A DNA stretch of 64,000 nucleotides from an uncultured Candidatus Saccharibacteria bacterium (GTDB lineage Bacteria; Patescibacteriota; Minisyncoccia; UBA6257). The notes under the pieces are model-generated. The model was not told the DNA's origin and made no database searches. It was given only the letters and a program-made list of their open reading frames with translations. Of the stretch, positions 1-10,061 are shown piece after piece. The position numbers and the translations under genes are program-made. Location: the NCBI GenBank assembly GCA_964618625.1, contig CAZUBI010000001.1, positions 396,901 through 460,900 on the forward strand, in the 5' to 3' direction. The number at the start of each line of letters is the position of its first letter. The stretch's first letter is position 1.

Positions 1-1788
1 ATAATTCTGGATAGTTTTTCCACGTGATGTACGGGAGGTTTCTGTAATTTCAAAAGCGCGTAATTTAAAAAGACGTCCTCGGTCAGTGAAAAACAAAATT
101 TCATCCCTTGTATTACAAGAAACAAGATGTGTTAAAATATCTTCTTCATTTTTTGCTTCGTAAGCTATTACTCCTTTTCCTCCTCTTTTTTGTCCTCGTA
201 AAACATTTGGATTAAATCGTTTTACATATCCATTTTGGGAAAGGGCAATTAATGTTTCTTGCGATGGAATAAGTTGCTCTTCAGTAATGGCTTCTGGTAG
301 ATATGCACGTACTTCAGTTCGTCGTTCATCCCCATATTTTTCTTTTAGTTCTTTAATCTCTTCTTTAATGATATTAGAAATTCTTTTTGGCTTTTTTAGA
401 ATTAATGTATATTTTTCTATTAATTTTTGTTTTTCTGCTAATTCTTTTTCAAGTTTTTTTCTTTCCAATTTTGCCAGATTTTGAAGTTTCATTTCTAGAA
501 TAGCATTTGCCTGGATTTCACTGAAATGATATTTAGCTATAAGTTTTTTCTGCGCGTCTTCTTTGTTTTCAGATGCTTTTATTAATTTGATAATGTTATC
601 AATATGATCTAAGGCTTTTGAAAGCCCTTCTAGTATATGCGCTCTTTCCTTTGCTTTTTTGAGCAAATATTCAATGCGTCGTTTAACAATGTTTTTTCGG
701 TGCGCAACATATTCTTCCAAGATATCTTTTACTGAGAGAACCTGAGGTTGCAATCCGTTTTCTGTCAGAGACAGCATATTTAAATGAAAATTCTTTTCCA
801 GAGATGTAAATTTAAATAATTGATTGAGGATTCTTTTTGGAACTACATTGTTTTTTAACTCAATAACAATTCGAAGCCCTTCTTTATCAGATTCATCTCT
901 AAGGTCTTTTATTCCTTCGATTTTTTTTTCTTCCACCAAATGAGCAATATGAGTTATTAATTCAGCTTTATTTACTTGGTATGGGACTTCTGTAACAATT
1001 ATTTTTCTTGTTTTATCTTCTACGACTTCTGTTTTAGCTCGACAGATTATTTTACCTTTTCCATTTGCGTAAGCCTCCAAGATATTTTGTGTGCCAAAAA
1101 TAATTCCTCCAGTTGGAAAATCAGGACCTTTAATAAAGTTCATCAAATCTTCAACTGAAGCATGTGGATGATCTATTAAATATATAAGGGCATTTGCTAC
1201 TTCTTCTAAGTTATGAGGAAGAATGTTTGTTGCCATCCCTACGGCAATACCCATAGTTCCATTCAGGATAAGCTGTGGTAATTTTGCCGGTAAATATTTA
1301 GGTTCTGTTCTTGTCCCGTCATAATTAGGTATAAAATCTACAGTTTCTTTATCCAAATCTTCTAATAATTCTTCAGCTAAAGGAGTTAATTTTACTTCAG
1401 TATATCTCATTGCAGCTGCTGGATCTCCATCAACGCTACCAAAATTTCCTTGTCCTTTGACTAAAGGGTAACGCAATGAAAAATCTTGAGCCATTCTTAC
1501 CAAGGCGTCGTAAACAGCAATGTCGCTATGTGGATGGTATTTTCCTAATGTATCACCAACTACTGTGGCTGATTTTCTTGATTTTGAACCAGAACCCAGA
1601 CCCAATTCATGCATGGCAAAAAGAATTCGTCTCTGTACTGGTTTGAGCCCATCACGAACATCAGGTAATGCTCTTGAAATAATAATAGACATAGCATAAT
1701 CCAAATAAGACTCTCTGAGTTCCTCAGATATGTTTCTTGGTTGAATCGATTGGGCTTTTTCTTTTTTTTCTTCTTTCTTTTTCTCCAT
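1..1788 (-). CDS. gyrA: DNA gyrase / topoisomerase IV subunit A, N-terminal ~595 aa; the 3' end runs off the window start
   Basis: Manual minus-strand translation from ATG at 1786-1788: [19 protein letters not shown]...[24 protein letters not shown]...GKYHPHSD...[18 protein letters not shown], the GyrA/ParC breakage-reunion domain. Absent from the ORF track because the window edge truncates it. Confidence 0.8.
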   Translation of the reverse strand, partial: MEKKKEEKKEKAQSIQPRNISEELRESYLDYAMSIIISRALPDVRDGLKPVQRRILFAMHELGLGSGSKSRKSATVVGDTLGKYHPHSDIAVYDALVRMAQDFSLRYPLVKGQGNFGSVDGDPAAAMRYTEVKLTPLAEELLEDLDKETVDFIPNYDGTRTEPKYLPAKLPQLILNGTMGIAVGMATNILPHNLEEVANALIYLIDHPHASVEDLMNFIKGPDFPTGGIIFGTQNILEAYANGKGKIICRAKTEVVEDKTRKIIVTEVPYQVNKAELITHIAHLVEEKKIEGIKDLRDESDKEGLRIVIELKNNVVPKRILNQLFKFTSLEKNFHLNMLSLTENGLQPQVLSVKDILEEYVAHRKNIVKRRIEYLLKKAKERAHILEGLSKALDHIDNIIKLIKASENKEDAQKKLIAKYHFSEIQANAILEMKLQNLAKLERKKLEKELAEKQKLIEKYTLILKKPKRISNIIKEEIKELKEKYGDERRTEVRAYLPEAITEEQLIPSQETLIALSQNGYVKRFNPNVLRGQKRGGKGVIAYEAKNEEDILTHLVSCNTRDEILFFTDRGRLFKLRAFEITETSRTSRGKTIQNY

Positions 1789-1837
1789 AGAAATTAACGG
1801 ATTACGTTTAATGCGAATATTTTTATAAGGTTCGGAA

Positions 1838-1885
1838 ATGTTGTTGAGAAAACTATAGCGTTTTGCGTGTTTATGAAACAATATT
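1838..1885. repeat. Dyad-symmetric ~48-nt intergenic element, family 2, copy 1 of 3
   Basis: ATGTTGTTGAGAAAACTATAGCGTTTTGCGTGTTTATGAAACAATATT. Near-identical copies at 40721-40765 and 55326..55374. The arms TTGTTGAGAAAAC and GTTTTTGAAACAA are imperfect inverted repeats. Confidence 0.6.
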
Positions 1886-1898
1886 CCGAATCTTAAAT

Positions 1899-2507
1899 CT
1901 ATTGCTTATTAAGTGTTATTAATTTTGTTTCTCCTGGTAAATTATTTTTTCTAATAACTAATTTATCCAAAACCTCTGGTTTTTTGCTTATAGCTTTAAG
2001 AAATTTGTCAAGCGAATCTAATTTAATTTTTAAATTAGGCAAAGCATAATGCATAGGAATAATTATTTTCGGTTCTATTTGGTTAATTAGAGAAATTGCT
2101 TCTTCATGATCTATAGTATCATGTCCGCCTATGGGAACAAGGAGAATATCAACATTCGCAACTTTTTCTAAGAGTTCTTCTTTTAAATTCTTTTTCTCTA
2201 AATTGCCTAAATGGCAAAGCGTTATATCTTCTGATTTTACAAGATAAATTGTATTGGATTCTTGCGCTATTCCTTCAATAAAGATTCCTTTAGTTTCTAT
2301 TTCTCCGGGTCCTTCAAGAATTAAGGGATCACCCATAATGACACTTTTATTATTGTGGTTTTCTTGTTGCTGAGTAATGAGAAGGATATCAGATTTAAAT
2401 CGCGGAGGATTTAAACCAGTTGTTGATTTAGAATAAGGATCAATAGCAATAATTTTATTTTTGCTGTCAATACGAAAATATGAATGACCGAACCATTGAA
2501 TAATCAT
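1899..2507 (-). CDS. MBL-fold metal-dependent hydrolase (UPF0173-like)
   Basis: 202 aa; composition and motif [14 protein letters not shown] typical of small metallo-beta-lactamase-fold hydrolases. Confidence 0.45.
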   Translation of the reverse strand: MIIQWFGHSYFRIDSKNKIIAIDPYSKSTTGLNPPRFKSDILLITQQQENHNNKSVIMGDPLILEGPGEIETKGIFIEGIAQESNTIYLVKSEDITLCHLGNLEKKNLKEELLEKVANVDILLVPIGGHDTIDHEEAISLINQIEPKIIIPMHYALPNLKIKLDSLDKFLKAISKKPEVLDKLVIRKNNLPGETKLITLNKQ

Positions 2508-2536
2508 AATATTTTTATTTTAACAATAAACATAGC

Positions 2537-3322
2537 TCAATTCAATTTTTTAAACACTCGAACGCTAAGAAACGTTATCACAATATTAAAAGCAAGAAGA
2601 AAAAGGAGGCATACAGGCAAAGAATGCGTAGTCATAAGTAAAATTTCTTCACTATCTAAGGACTTAGAAAGAACAACCCAACGCAGAGCATCTACACTAT
2701 AAGCCAAGGGATTATAATGCGCCATTGTTGCCATCCAAGAGGGGACATTTTTTAGAGGGAAAAAAGCCCCAGATAAAAAAGCCATTGGCGCAATAATTAT
2801 TTGGGAGAGAATGGAAAAACTTTCCATTCTTTTCAAACGGGAAGTAAAGAAAATTCCCAAAGCGGCCATTCCATAACCAATTAGAAAAATAACAAGAACA
2901 ATTTTTATAAATGAAAATATATCAACATTAATGCCCAAATAGGGCATTATGAGTAGAATAAGAACACCTTGCAAAAGGGCAGTTGTAGCTGCCCCTAAGA
3001 TTTTTCCTAAAGCAATATATGATCTACTAATGGGAGAAACCAGGATTTCTTTTAAAAATCCGAATTCTCTATCCCAGACAATAGACATAGTGGATGAAAT
3101 GGCCATAATACTAACACTTAAAGCTAATATTCCGGGAAAAAAGAATTGCACAAAATCATAATGTAAAACGGGTGTAGGAAATATTGTTTTTAATCCAGTA
3201 CCAAAAAATATTAAAATTAGAAGAGGCAAAAATATAGAAGTAAAGAATTTTAAAGAATTGCGTAAATAGATAAGCACTTCTCTATACCAGATTACATAAA
3301 GAGTTTGTAATTTTTTATTCAT
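2537..3322 (-). CDS. ABC-2 type transporter permease
   Basis: 261 aa with about six hydrophobic TM segments. Its start overlaps the stop of the upstream ATPase gene by 8 nt. Confidence 0.7.
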   Translation of the reverse strand: MNKKLQTLYVIWYREVLIYLRNSLKFFTSIFLPLLILIFFGTGLKTIFPTPVLHYDFVQFFFPGILALSVSIMAISSTMSIVWDREFGFLKEILVSPISRSYIALGKILGAATTALLQGVLILLIMPYLGINVDIFSFIKIVLVIFLIGYGMAALGIFFTSRLKRMESFSILSQIIIAPMAFLSGAFFPLKNVPSWMATMAHYNPLAYSVDALRWVVLSKSLDSEEILLMTTHSLPVCLLFLLAFNIVITFLSVRVFKKLN

Positions 3323-4406
3323 CGTTTCTCTGTTTTTGACTTTTTTCTTCTACCTCTGACGAATTAAAAAGAGTAAATAAAGAAGATATATCAAACCCCT
3401 GATTTTCCTCTTCTTCTAATTTTCCATTGATTTCTTCTCTTATTTTTCTGCCCGTAATTTCCAAAAAAACATCTTCTAAAGTGGGCTGCCTCAATTGCAT
3501 TGAAGTGATATGAGGGCTGATAGCCTTAACTAATATTGGCAAGAATTTATCGCCATTATCTATTTCGATTCTTAATTCTTTGCCAATCCATTTGATTGGA
3601 TATTCAGGAAATTTTTTTCGAAATTCTTTCTCCGCTTGTTTATTATTTTCAGTTTTGAAAATAATAATATCACCACCAATCATTCTTTTTAAATTTTTCG
3701 GAGTATCAATAGTTACAATTTTTCCATGGTCTATAATAGCAATTCTGTCGCATCTTTCCGCCTCATTTAGGTATTGGGTGGTTAAAAAAATGGTTGTATT
3801 TTTTTTGCTCCTTACAGTAAAAATATAATCCCAAATTTTTTTTCGTGTTTGTGGGTCTAATCCGACAGTCGGTTCATCCAAAAATAGAATTTGAGGCCAA
3901 TGTATTAAAGCCCGGACAAGTTCCAGTCTTCTTTTCATACCGCCTGAGAATGTTTCAACTTTCATTTTTCTTTTATTCCAAAGCTCACATAGCTTTAAAA
4001 TTTCCCTTTTCCTTATAATAAAATCTTTTCTAGAAACTCCGTAAAGCATTGCATGAAGATAAAGATTTTCTTCGGCAGTTAAGTGGTTGTCCAAAGTTGT
4101 CTCTTGAAAAACCAAACCAATAGATTCCCTTACAAGATTTGGTTGATTTACTACATGATAACCGTTTACATACGCTAATCCAGAATTAGGTAAAGTAAGT
4201 GTGCAGAGAATATTAATGGTTGTAGTTTTACCTGCTCCATTAGGACCCAAGAAACCAAAAACCTCACCCCTTTTTACAGAAAAAGAAATCCCATCAAGGG
4301 CTGTTATATGTTTATATCTTTTTTTGAGATTTTTTACTTGGATAATCTCAAGAATATTGTTTTGATTTTCTTCAGTTTGTTCAGCTTTTTCTGATAAATC
4401 CTCCAT
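3315..4406 (-). CDS. ABC transporter ATP-binding protein
   Basis: Walker A GPNGAGKTT, ABC signature LSGGMKRRLEL, Walker B ILFLDEPT. Confidence 0.85.
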   Translation of the reverse strand: MEDLSEKAEQTEENQNNILEIIQVKNLKKRYKHITALDGISFSVKRGEVFGFLGPNGAGKTTTINILCTLTLPNSGLAYVNGYHVVNQPNLVRESIGLVFQETTLDNHLTAEENLYLHAMLYGVSRKDFIIRKREILKLCELWNKRKMKVETFSGGMKRRLELVRALIHWPQILFLDEPTVGLDPQTRKKIWDYIFTVRSKKNTTIFLTTQYLNEAERCDRIAIIDHGKIVTIDTPKNLKRMIGGDIIIFKTENNKQAEKEFRKKFPEYPIKWIGKELRIEIDNGDKFLPILVKAISPHITSMQLRQPTLEDVFLEITGRKIREEINGKLEEEENQGFDISSLFTLFNSSEVEEKSQKQRNDE

Positions 4407-4428
4407 AGAATTAGATTAAAAATATTTT

Positions 4429-5439
4429 TTATATCAATCCCATCTTTTCTTTTACCTCTTTGAGAGTTTGTTTGGCAATTTGAGAAGCGTATTTTTGCCC
4501 CTGCTCTAAGATTTCATCTACTATTTCAGGTCGCTCTTCATAATATTTTCTTTTTTTCTGGATTGGTTTTAATTCTTTATATATTGCCTCAGCGAGTTCG
4601 TCTTTTAATCCTTTATATTTAATTCCTGAGCTAAGATATAATTTTTCATATGATTTTCTTTTTTCCTTGCCTTCAAACAATTCAATTAACATTAATAAAA
4701 CAGCTATTCCTCCTTTTTCTGGCACTTTTTTGCCTTTTCCTGAATCTGTTGGAACTTTTGCCAACTTTTTCTTAATTGTGGGTAAATCGTCAATCAGATT
4801 AATATAACTGCCTGGTTTTGATTTTGACATTTTTCCTTCTCCAGTTAAAGAAGGGATATAAGAAAATGGCATAAGATATGTTTGAGGCTCAGGAAAGGTT
4901 TGGCCAAAATGGCGGTTAAAAGCCCGCGCAATTTCTCTTGTTACTTCTAAGTGAGGAGCTTGGTCTTTCCCAACTGGGACAAATTGAGCTTTATATAAAA
5001 GAATATCTGCTGCCATAAGAATAGGATAATAAAAAAGTCCCATATTAATATATCTAGGTTGTTCTTTTTTCTTGTCTTTATAAGTAGGAAGTTGTTCTAA
5101 GCGGGACACTGGATAGATTGTGCTTAGAAGATATGCTAATTCTATATGTTCTGGAATTTGGGATTGAATTATTAAATGGCATTTTTTAGGGTCTAAACCG
5201 CATGCTAAATATTCTAAAACTACTTCTCGAACATTGTCTTGAAAAGTTTTTGGGTTATATGGCGAAGTAATACCATGAAGATCCACAACCGCATAGATAC
5301 AATCATGATTCTTTTTGTTCTGGAACTCAATATATCCTTTTAAGCCGCCTAAATAATTGCCTAAATGAAGAAAACCAGTAGGTCTGCTACCGGAAAAAAT
5401 TCGGGTTTTGAAATTGTCTTTTTTTGCCTTTTTATCCAT
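4429..5439 (-). CDS. trpS: Tryptophanyl-tRNA synthetase
   Basis: 336 aa; class I HIGH-type motif PTGFLHLGNYLG and KMSKS; size typical of TrpRS. Confidence 0.85.
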   Translation of the reverse strand: MDKKAKKDNFKTRIFSGSRPTGFLHLGNYLGGLKGYIEFQNKKNHDCIYAVVDLHGITSPYNPKTFQDNVREVVLEYLACGLDPKKCHLIIQSQIPEHIELAYLLSTIYPVSRLEQLPTYKDKKKEQPRYINMGLFYYPILMAADILLYKAQFVPVGKDQAPHLEVTREIARAFNRHFGQTFPEPQTYLMPFSYIPSLTGEGKMSKSKPGSYINLIDDLPTIKKKLAKVPTDSGKGKKVPEKGGIAVLLMLIELFEGKEKRKSYEKLYLSSGIKYKGLKDELAEAIYKELKPIQKKRKYYEERPEIVDEILEQGQKYASQIAKQTLKEVKEKMGLI

Positions 5440-5444
5440 GAATT

Positions 5445-5518
5445 TGGAGCGGGTAACGGGACTCGAACCCGTGTCTGAATCTTGGAAGGATTCCGTACTG
5501 CCACTATACTATACCCGC
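5445..5518 (-). tRNA. tRNA-Gly(UCC), CCA encoded
   Basis: Reverse complement GCGGGTATAGTATAGTGGCAGTACGGAATCCTTCCAAGATTCAGACACGGGTTCGAGTCCCGTTACCCGCTCCA. Anticodon loop CTTCCAA, T-loop GGTTCGAGTCC. Confidence 0.8.
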
Positions 5519-5600
5519 AAGTAAACAAAAGAGATCTTTAAAGACCTCTTTTTATTTTAACTCTTATTTTTCTAAAAATCAATCCTAATATTAGAAGGGG

Positions 5601-5628
5601 TTGACAAACTATTTTTCTTTGTTATAAT
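5601..5628 (+). promoter_or_regulatory. Consensus sigma70-type promoter TTGACA-N16-TGtTATAAT
   Basis: TTGACA at 5601-5606, extended -10 TGtTATAAT ending at 5628. Both hexamers match consensus fully. It points rightward, convergent with argS. Confidence 0.5.
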
Positions 5629-5634
5629 GGAAGT

Positions 5635-5682
5635 GCTGTCGTTTTGAGAAGCTTGCTTCAAAGAACGGCGGCATTTTTTTAT
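5635..5682 (+). ncRNA. Candidate small RNA: promoter-proximal stem-loop (GCUGUCG / CGGCGGC) followed by a U7 run
   Basis: Immediately downstream of the consensus promoter: gctgtcg...(24-nt loop containing the mini-palindrome gaagcttgcttc)...cggcggc attttttt. It ends 2 nt before the argS stop codon on the opposite strand. Confidence 0.3.
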
Positions 5683-5684
5683 CT

Positions 5685-7415
5685 TTAGATTTCCTTTAAA
5701 ACTTTGACCCCTAATATTTCTAATCCTTTTTCAAGAACATTAGTGGTAGCTTTTAGAAGAACAAGCTGGGCATTTTGCCGGGCTTTATTTTTTTCTTTTA
5801 ACACAGGCACAGTTTCGTAATATTTGTTAGTTAAATCAGCTAATGATAAAAGATAAGTAGCTAAATAATTTGGTGAGTATTTTTCAGCACTGGCTTGAAT
5901 TATTTCTGGAAATTCAGATAATTTTTTAATAAGATAAATTTCCAATTCATTGGTTAGTAATTTGCAATCATATTTTCCGATTTTTTTGGCTTTAAAGAGA
6001 ATTTTATTTATACGGGCATAGGCATATTGAAGGTAAACACTTGTATCTCCTGAAAAATCAAGAATCTTTTTCCAATCAAAAACAATATCAGAATTACGGA
6101 ATGATTTTAAATCGTTAAATTTCAAAGCACCAATTGCAATTGTTTGGGCTAATTTTTTTTGTTCTGCTAACGGCCATTGGGATTTCTTTTCTTTAATTAT
6201 TTCCAATGATTTTTCGATTACTTGATTAATAACCTGTTCGAGAGGGATAATTCCTCCTTCTCTAGTGGAGAACTTTTTCCTTTTTTCTGATAGGACTAAG
6301 CCAAATTTAATATGGACTAATTCAGTTTTTTCTTTTGGAAGAATAATTTTTAATAGAGTAAAAAGTTGTTTAAAATGCATGTCTTGTTCATTGCCAACAA
6401 CATAAAGAATTTTTGCAGGGCGATATTTCTTTAAACGGTATTTTAGTAAAGCTAAATCGCGGGTAAGATATAAACTTGCTTCGTCTGATTTTTGAATTAA
6501 GGCGGGGGGAAGATTATATTTTTCTAAAGGAACAATAAGCGCTCCTTGGCTTTTTTGCGCCAAATTCTTTCTTTTCAGAAGATTTACTAGCGGCATTAAA
6601 TCTTTTTCAAAAAAACTCTCGCCTAAAAGAAGGTCAAATTTAATATCTAAAAGCTTATATATTTTTTGAAAATCTTTTATAGATTCTTTTTTGAACCAGA
6701 GCCATAATTTCCTGTTTTCTTTGTTACCTTTTTCTAATTTTTTGAATTCTTCTTGTCCTAATTTTTGCAAATCCGGATCATTCTTCATTTCTTGGTGGAA
6801 TTTTATATAAAGGGTAAGAAGGGCAGAGATGGGGCTTTTTTCTATTTTCTTTTTTTCTCCCCAAAGTTTGTAAGCGGCAATTAACTTTCCAAATTGAGTA
6901 CCCCAATCGCCAAGATAATTCCAGCGGATAACTTTATAACCCAACGCCTCATATAAATTAGCCAATGTTTCACCAATGATTGTGGAACGTAAATGCCCAA
7001 TGTGCATTGGTTTGGCAATATTAGGGGAAGAATAATCAATTATTATCGTTTTGTTTTTACCTGTTTTTGAAAGCCCAAATTTTGTTTTTTGTTTATATAT
7101 GGTTTCTAATTCTTTCTCGATGAATTCTTTATTAATAAAGAAATTAATAAAACCATTTTTAGCTAATTCTATTTTTTTTATCTCCTTCGGCAGTTTTTTC
7201 TGCATCTGATTTATTAAAATTGTAGCTATGTCAAAAGGAGATTTTTTAATATCTTTACTAATGGAAAAAGCTATAGTTGTGCTGTAGTCTCCATATTGCT
7301 CGTTTTTTGGCATTCCTAATAAAACATTAGGGATGGAAGAAAGAGACCATTTATTTTTTATAGCTGTTTTTTTACAGGATTCTTGAACGAAGCTTTTGAT
7401 TATTTGTTTTAGCAT
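5685..7415 (-). CDS. argS: Arginyl-tRNA synthetase
   Basis: 576 aa; HIGH motif PMHIGHLRSTIIG; typical ArgRS length and anticodon-binding C-terminal domain. Confidence 0.9.
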   Translation of the reverse strand: MLKQIIKSFVQESCKKTAIKNKWSLSSIPNVLLGMPKNEQYGDYSTTIAFSISKDIKKSPFDIATILINQMQKKLPKEIKKIELAKNGFINFFINKEFIEKELETIYKQKTKFGLSKTGKNKTIIIDYSSPNIAKPMHIGHLRSTIIGETLANLYEALGYKVIRWNYLGDWGTQFGKLIAAYKLWGEKKKIEKSPISALLTLYIKFHQEMKNDPDLQKLGQEEFKKLEKGNKENRKLWLWFKKESIKDFQKIYKLLDIKFDLLLGESFFEKDLMPLVNLLKRKNLAQKSQGALIVPLEKYNLPPALIQKSDEASLYLTRDLALLKYRLKKYRPAKILYVVGNEQDMHFKQLFTLLKIILPKEKTELVHIKFGLVLSEKRKKFSTREGGIIPLEQVINQVIEKSLEIIKEKKSQWPLAEQKKLAQTIAIGALKFNDLKSFRNSDIVFDWKKILDFSGDTSVYLQYAYARINKILFKAKKIGKYDCKLLTNELEIYLIKKLSEFPEIIQASAEKYSPNYLATYLLSLADLTNKYYETVPVLKEKNKARQNAQLVLLKATTNVLEKGLEILGVKVLKEI

Positions 7416-7424
7416 ATTTTCATA

Positions 7425-8168
7425 TTAAATTAAAATTACCATGCTTAATATTATTAGATAAAGCGAGAACCAAAAATATTTTCCTCTTTTTAATATTTTT
7501 TCTAAAATTTTTAAACTAATAATTCCTATAAAGAATGAAATTAACATTCCTATTCCGCCTAATAAATAACTATTTTCTCCTTGTTGTATTAATGCAGGCA
7601 GTTGTAAGATAACAGCTCCGAAAATAACAGGAAGAGCTAAAAGAAAAGAAAATTTGAAAGCAATTTCCGGCTTTAATTTTCTTAATAATCCTGCAGAAAT
7701 AGTAAACCCAGAACGGGAAATTCCCGGGAAAAGAGCAACTGCTTGAGCAATTCCTATTATTAAAGCGTCAGACCAGGATATAGTATCTTTTTGAGCTTTT
7801 GAAAATTTAGTTAGTAAAAGGAACAAGGCAGTAATTAAAAAAGATAAACCGATAAATTTCAAAGACACAAAACTTTGTTCAATCTTTGTTTGGAAGAGAA
7901 CACCAAAAATTACGGCTGGAATTGTTCCAATAATAATAAGTTTAATTAATTGCCAGTTTTTACTGTAAAATATTCTTTTAATCTCTTGCCAAAATACTGC
8001 CAATATAGCTCCTAATGTTCCAAAATGAAGAAGAGCGTCAAATGTTATTGAAGATTTTGGCAAATTCCAGAGAATTTGCAGTACAGCTAAATGGCCAGAA
8101 CTGGAAATTGGCAGGAATTCAGTTATGCCTTGTGTAATAGCTAAAATAATTGCTTGAAATACGTTCAT
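7425..8168 (-). CDS. uppP: Undecaprenyl-diphosphate phosphatase (BacA/UppP)
   Basis: 247 aa polytopic membrane protein; conserved PGxSRSG-like motif (FPGISRSGFT). Confidence 0.8.
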   Translation of the reverse strand: MNVFQAIILAITQGITEFLPISSSGHLAVLQILWNLPKSSITFDALLHFGTLGAILAVFWQEIKRIFYSKNWQLIKLIIIGTIPAVIFGVLFQTKIEQSFVSLKFIGLSFLITALFLLLTKFSKAQKDTISWSDALIIGIAQAVALFPGISRSGFTISAGLLRKLKPEIAFKFSFLLALPVIFGAVILQLPALIQQGENSYLLGGIGMLISFFIGIISLKILEKILKRGKYFWFSLYLIILSMVILI

Positions 8169-8173
8169 ATTAT

Positions 8174-8247
8174 TGGTCGGGCCGCCGAGATTTGAACTCG
8201 GGCTAAATCCTCCCGGGGGATTCGTGCTGCCACTACACTACGGCCCG
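8174..8247 (-). tRNA. tRNA-Pro(CGG) with unusual C33; CCA encoded
   Basis: Reverse complement CGGGCCGTAGTGTAGTGGCAGCACGAATCCCCCGGGAGGATTTAGCCCGAGTTCAAATCTCGGCGGCCCGACCA. Anticodon stem AATCC/GGATT, loop CCCGGGA. Confidence 0.6.
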
Positions 8248-9756
8248 TTAATTTACATAATATTTCTTTTTAATTTCTTTTTCATCTTCTTCTAAAAGGT
8301 TTTTGTATTTTTTTTGGGCTATTTTGTGTTTTTTCTTTAATTCATTTTGAGAAAGCAGGCTTATTTCTTTAGCCTCTTTTTCCATATATTTTTTATTGTT
8401 CTTTTTAGGATCATCTAATACTTGTTCTAATAAAATACTTAAGATTGCTCCAATTTTAGGTCCTGGTTCAATACCTAATGTTTTTATTATATCATTTCCA
8501 TTTATTTTTAATATTTTAAGAGATGGCTGTTGTCCCTCTAATTCTTTCAATACTTTTTCTACGCGGAATAAGAAATGACGAAGACGAAAAGGAAGAGCTT
8601 TGGGGCATCCAGATCCTATTCTATCAGCCTCTCTTACTTGAGCTAATTCCTGAATATTTTCTTTTCCGACTTTAACTAATAATCTGCGTATAGCAGCATC
8701 TGTAGTAATTTCTGGATCATAAACAAAACCATGGTAACGTACTAATTTGATAATCTTTTCTGATTTATTTTTTGGAAATTTTAAACGATTTAAAATGCGA
8801 GCTGTAATTTTAGCTCCTTGCCATTCATGGTTATAAAAAGTAGCGTCTATGCCTTCGCCTTCTTTAGTATATGGTTTTCCAATGTCATGAAATAAACTGG
8901 CTAATTTTACTTCTAAACCATATTCTTTTTTGCAGGCATATTTTAAAGAGCGCCAAGCATGTTCCCAAACAGTATAAATATGGTGTTTGTTTTGAGTTAC
9001 CCCAATGCCTTTTTCTAATTCCGGAATAATTTGTTTTAACAAATCATTTTCTTGCAAAAGAAAAATTCCTTTAACTGCTTGTGGAGAATTGATAATTTTG
9101 ATTAATTCATCGCGAATTCTTTCTTTAGAAATAAAAGCGAGAAGAGAAGCATTATCTTTTATAGCTTTTGATGTTTTGGGTTCTACTTGAAAATTTATCT
9201 CGCAGGCAAAACGAATAGCTCGCATTAAGCGTAAGCCATCTTCAGAAAATCGTTCTTTTGCATTTCCTACAGTTCTGATAAGTTTGTTTTGAAGATCTTT
9301 CTGGCCATCAAAAGGATCAACTAAAGTGTATTCCGTATTCTGTATTGCGTATTCTGTGTTTTTGGGTTTTATTGCCATTGCATTTATTGTAAAATCACGG
9401 CGGCTCAAGTCTTCTTCAATTGTTTTAGCGAATTCTATTTTATCAGGGTGGCGTTTGTCGCTGTATTTTCCTTCTTTTCTAAAGGTGGTAATCTCAATAA
9501 TTTTTAGAGCAACATTTTCTGAACCGGTTTTTACCGCAACAGTGCCGAATTCATTTTCATAAACACAATCAGGAAAAATTTTCTGGATTTGTTCGGGCTT
9601 GGCATTAGTAGTGATATCCCAATCTTTAGGATTTCTTTTTAATTTTTTGGTTTCACTCAAGACAAGATATCTAACACAACCCCCAACAATATAGGCTTCA
9701 AAATCAGCTTGATTAAGTTTTTCTATTATTTCCATCACTTCTAAAGGTATTTGCAT
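8248..9756 (-). CDS. cca: CCA-adding tRNA nucleotidyltransferase with HD domain
   Basis: 502 aa; Pol-beta NTase head GGCVRYLVL...DWDITT; HD motif LFHDIGK. Confidence 0.8.
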   Translation of the reverse strand: MQIPLEVMEIIEKLNQADFEAYIVGGCVRYLVLSETKKLKRNPKDWDITTNAKPEQIQKIFPDCVYENEFGTVAVKTGSENVALKIIEITTFRKEGKYSDKRHPDKIEFAKTIEEDLSRRDFTINAMAIKPKNTEYAIQNTEYTLVDPFDGQKDLQNKLIRTVGNAKERFSEDGLRLMRAIRFACEINFQVEPKTSKAIKDNASLLAFISKERIRDELIKIINSPQAVKGIFLLQENDLLKQIIPELEKGIGVTQNKHHIYTVWEHAWRSLKYACKKEYGLEVKLASLFHDIGKPYTKEGEGIDATFYNHEWQGAKITARILNRLKFPKNKSEKIIKLVRYHGFVYDPEITTDAAIRRLLVKVGKENIQELAQVREADRIGSGCPKALPFRLRHFLFRVEKVLKELEGQQPSLKILKINGNDIIKTLGIEPGPKIGAILSILLEQVLDDPKKNNKKYMEKEAKEISLLSQNELKKKHKIAQKKYKNLLEEDEKEIKKKYYVN

Positions 9757-9827
9757 ATTTAAAGTTTTTTTACTATACTTGGAAGATTCCTCTAATCATA
9801 AAGCAAAACAGTTTTTTTTTCAATCCT

Positions 9828-9901
9828 GCCCTCGTAGCTCAACTGGATAGAGTGTGTGGCTTCGGACCACAAGGTTGCAGGTTCGAATCCTGCCGAGGGC
9901 A
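9828..9901 (+). tRNA. tRNA-Arg(UCG)
   Basis: GCCCTCGTAGCTCAACTGGATAGAGTGTGTGGCTTCGGACCACAAGGTTGCAGGTTCGAATCCTGCCGAGGGCA. Anticodon loop CTTCGGA. No CCA encoded. Confidence 0.75.
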
Positions 9902-9919
9902 CGACAATAAATTATTTGA

Positions 9920-9992
9920 GCCCCCATAGCTCAATTGGTAGAGCAGATTCCTCTTAAGAATAAGGTTCCAGGTTCGAGTCCTGGTGGGGGCA
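9920..9992 (+). tRNA. tRNA-Lys(CUU)
   Basis: GCCCCCATAGCTCAATTGGTAGAGCAGATTCCTCTTAAGAATAAGGTTCCAGGTTCGAGTCCTGGTGGGGGCA. Anticodon loop CTCTTAA. Confidence 0.75.
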
Positions 9993-10061
9993 CTATTTGA
10001 AAGGATAAATTTTAGAATAATTTTATTTGTTTTTGTACTTTTGTTGTGATAGAATGGAATA

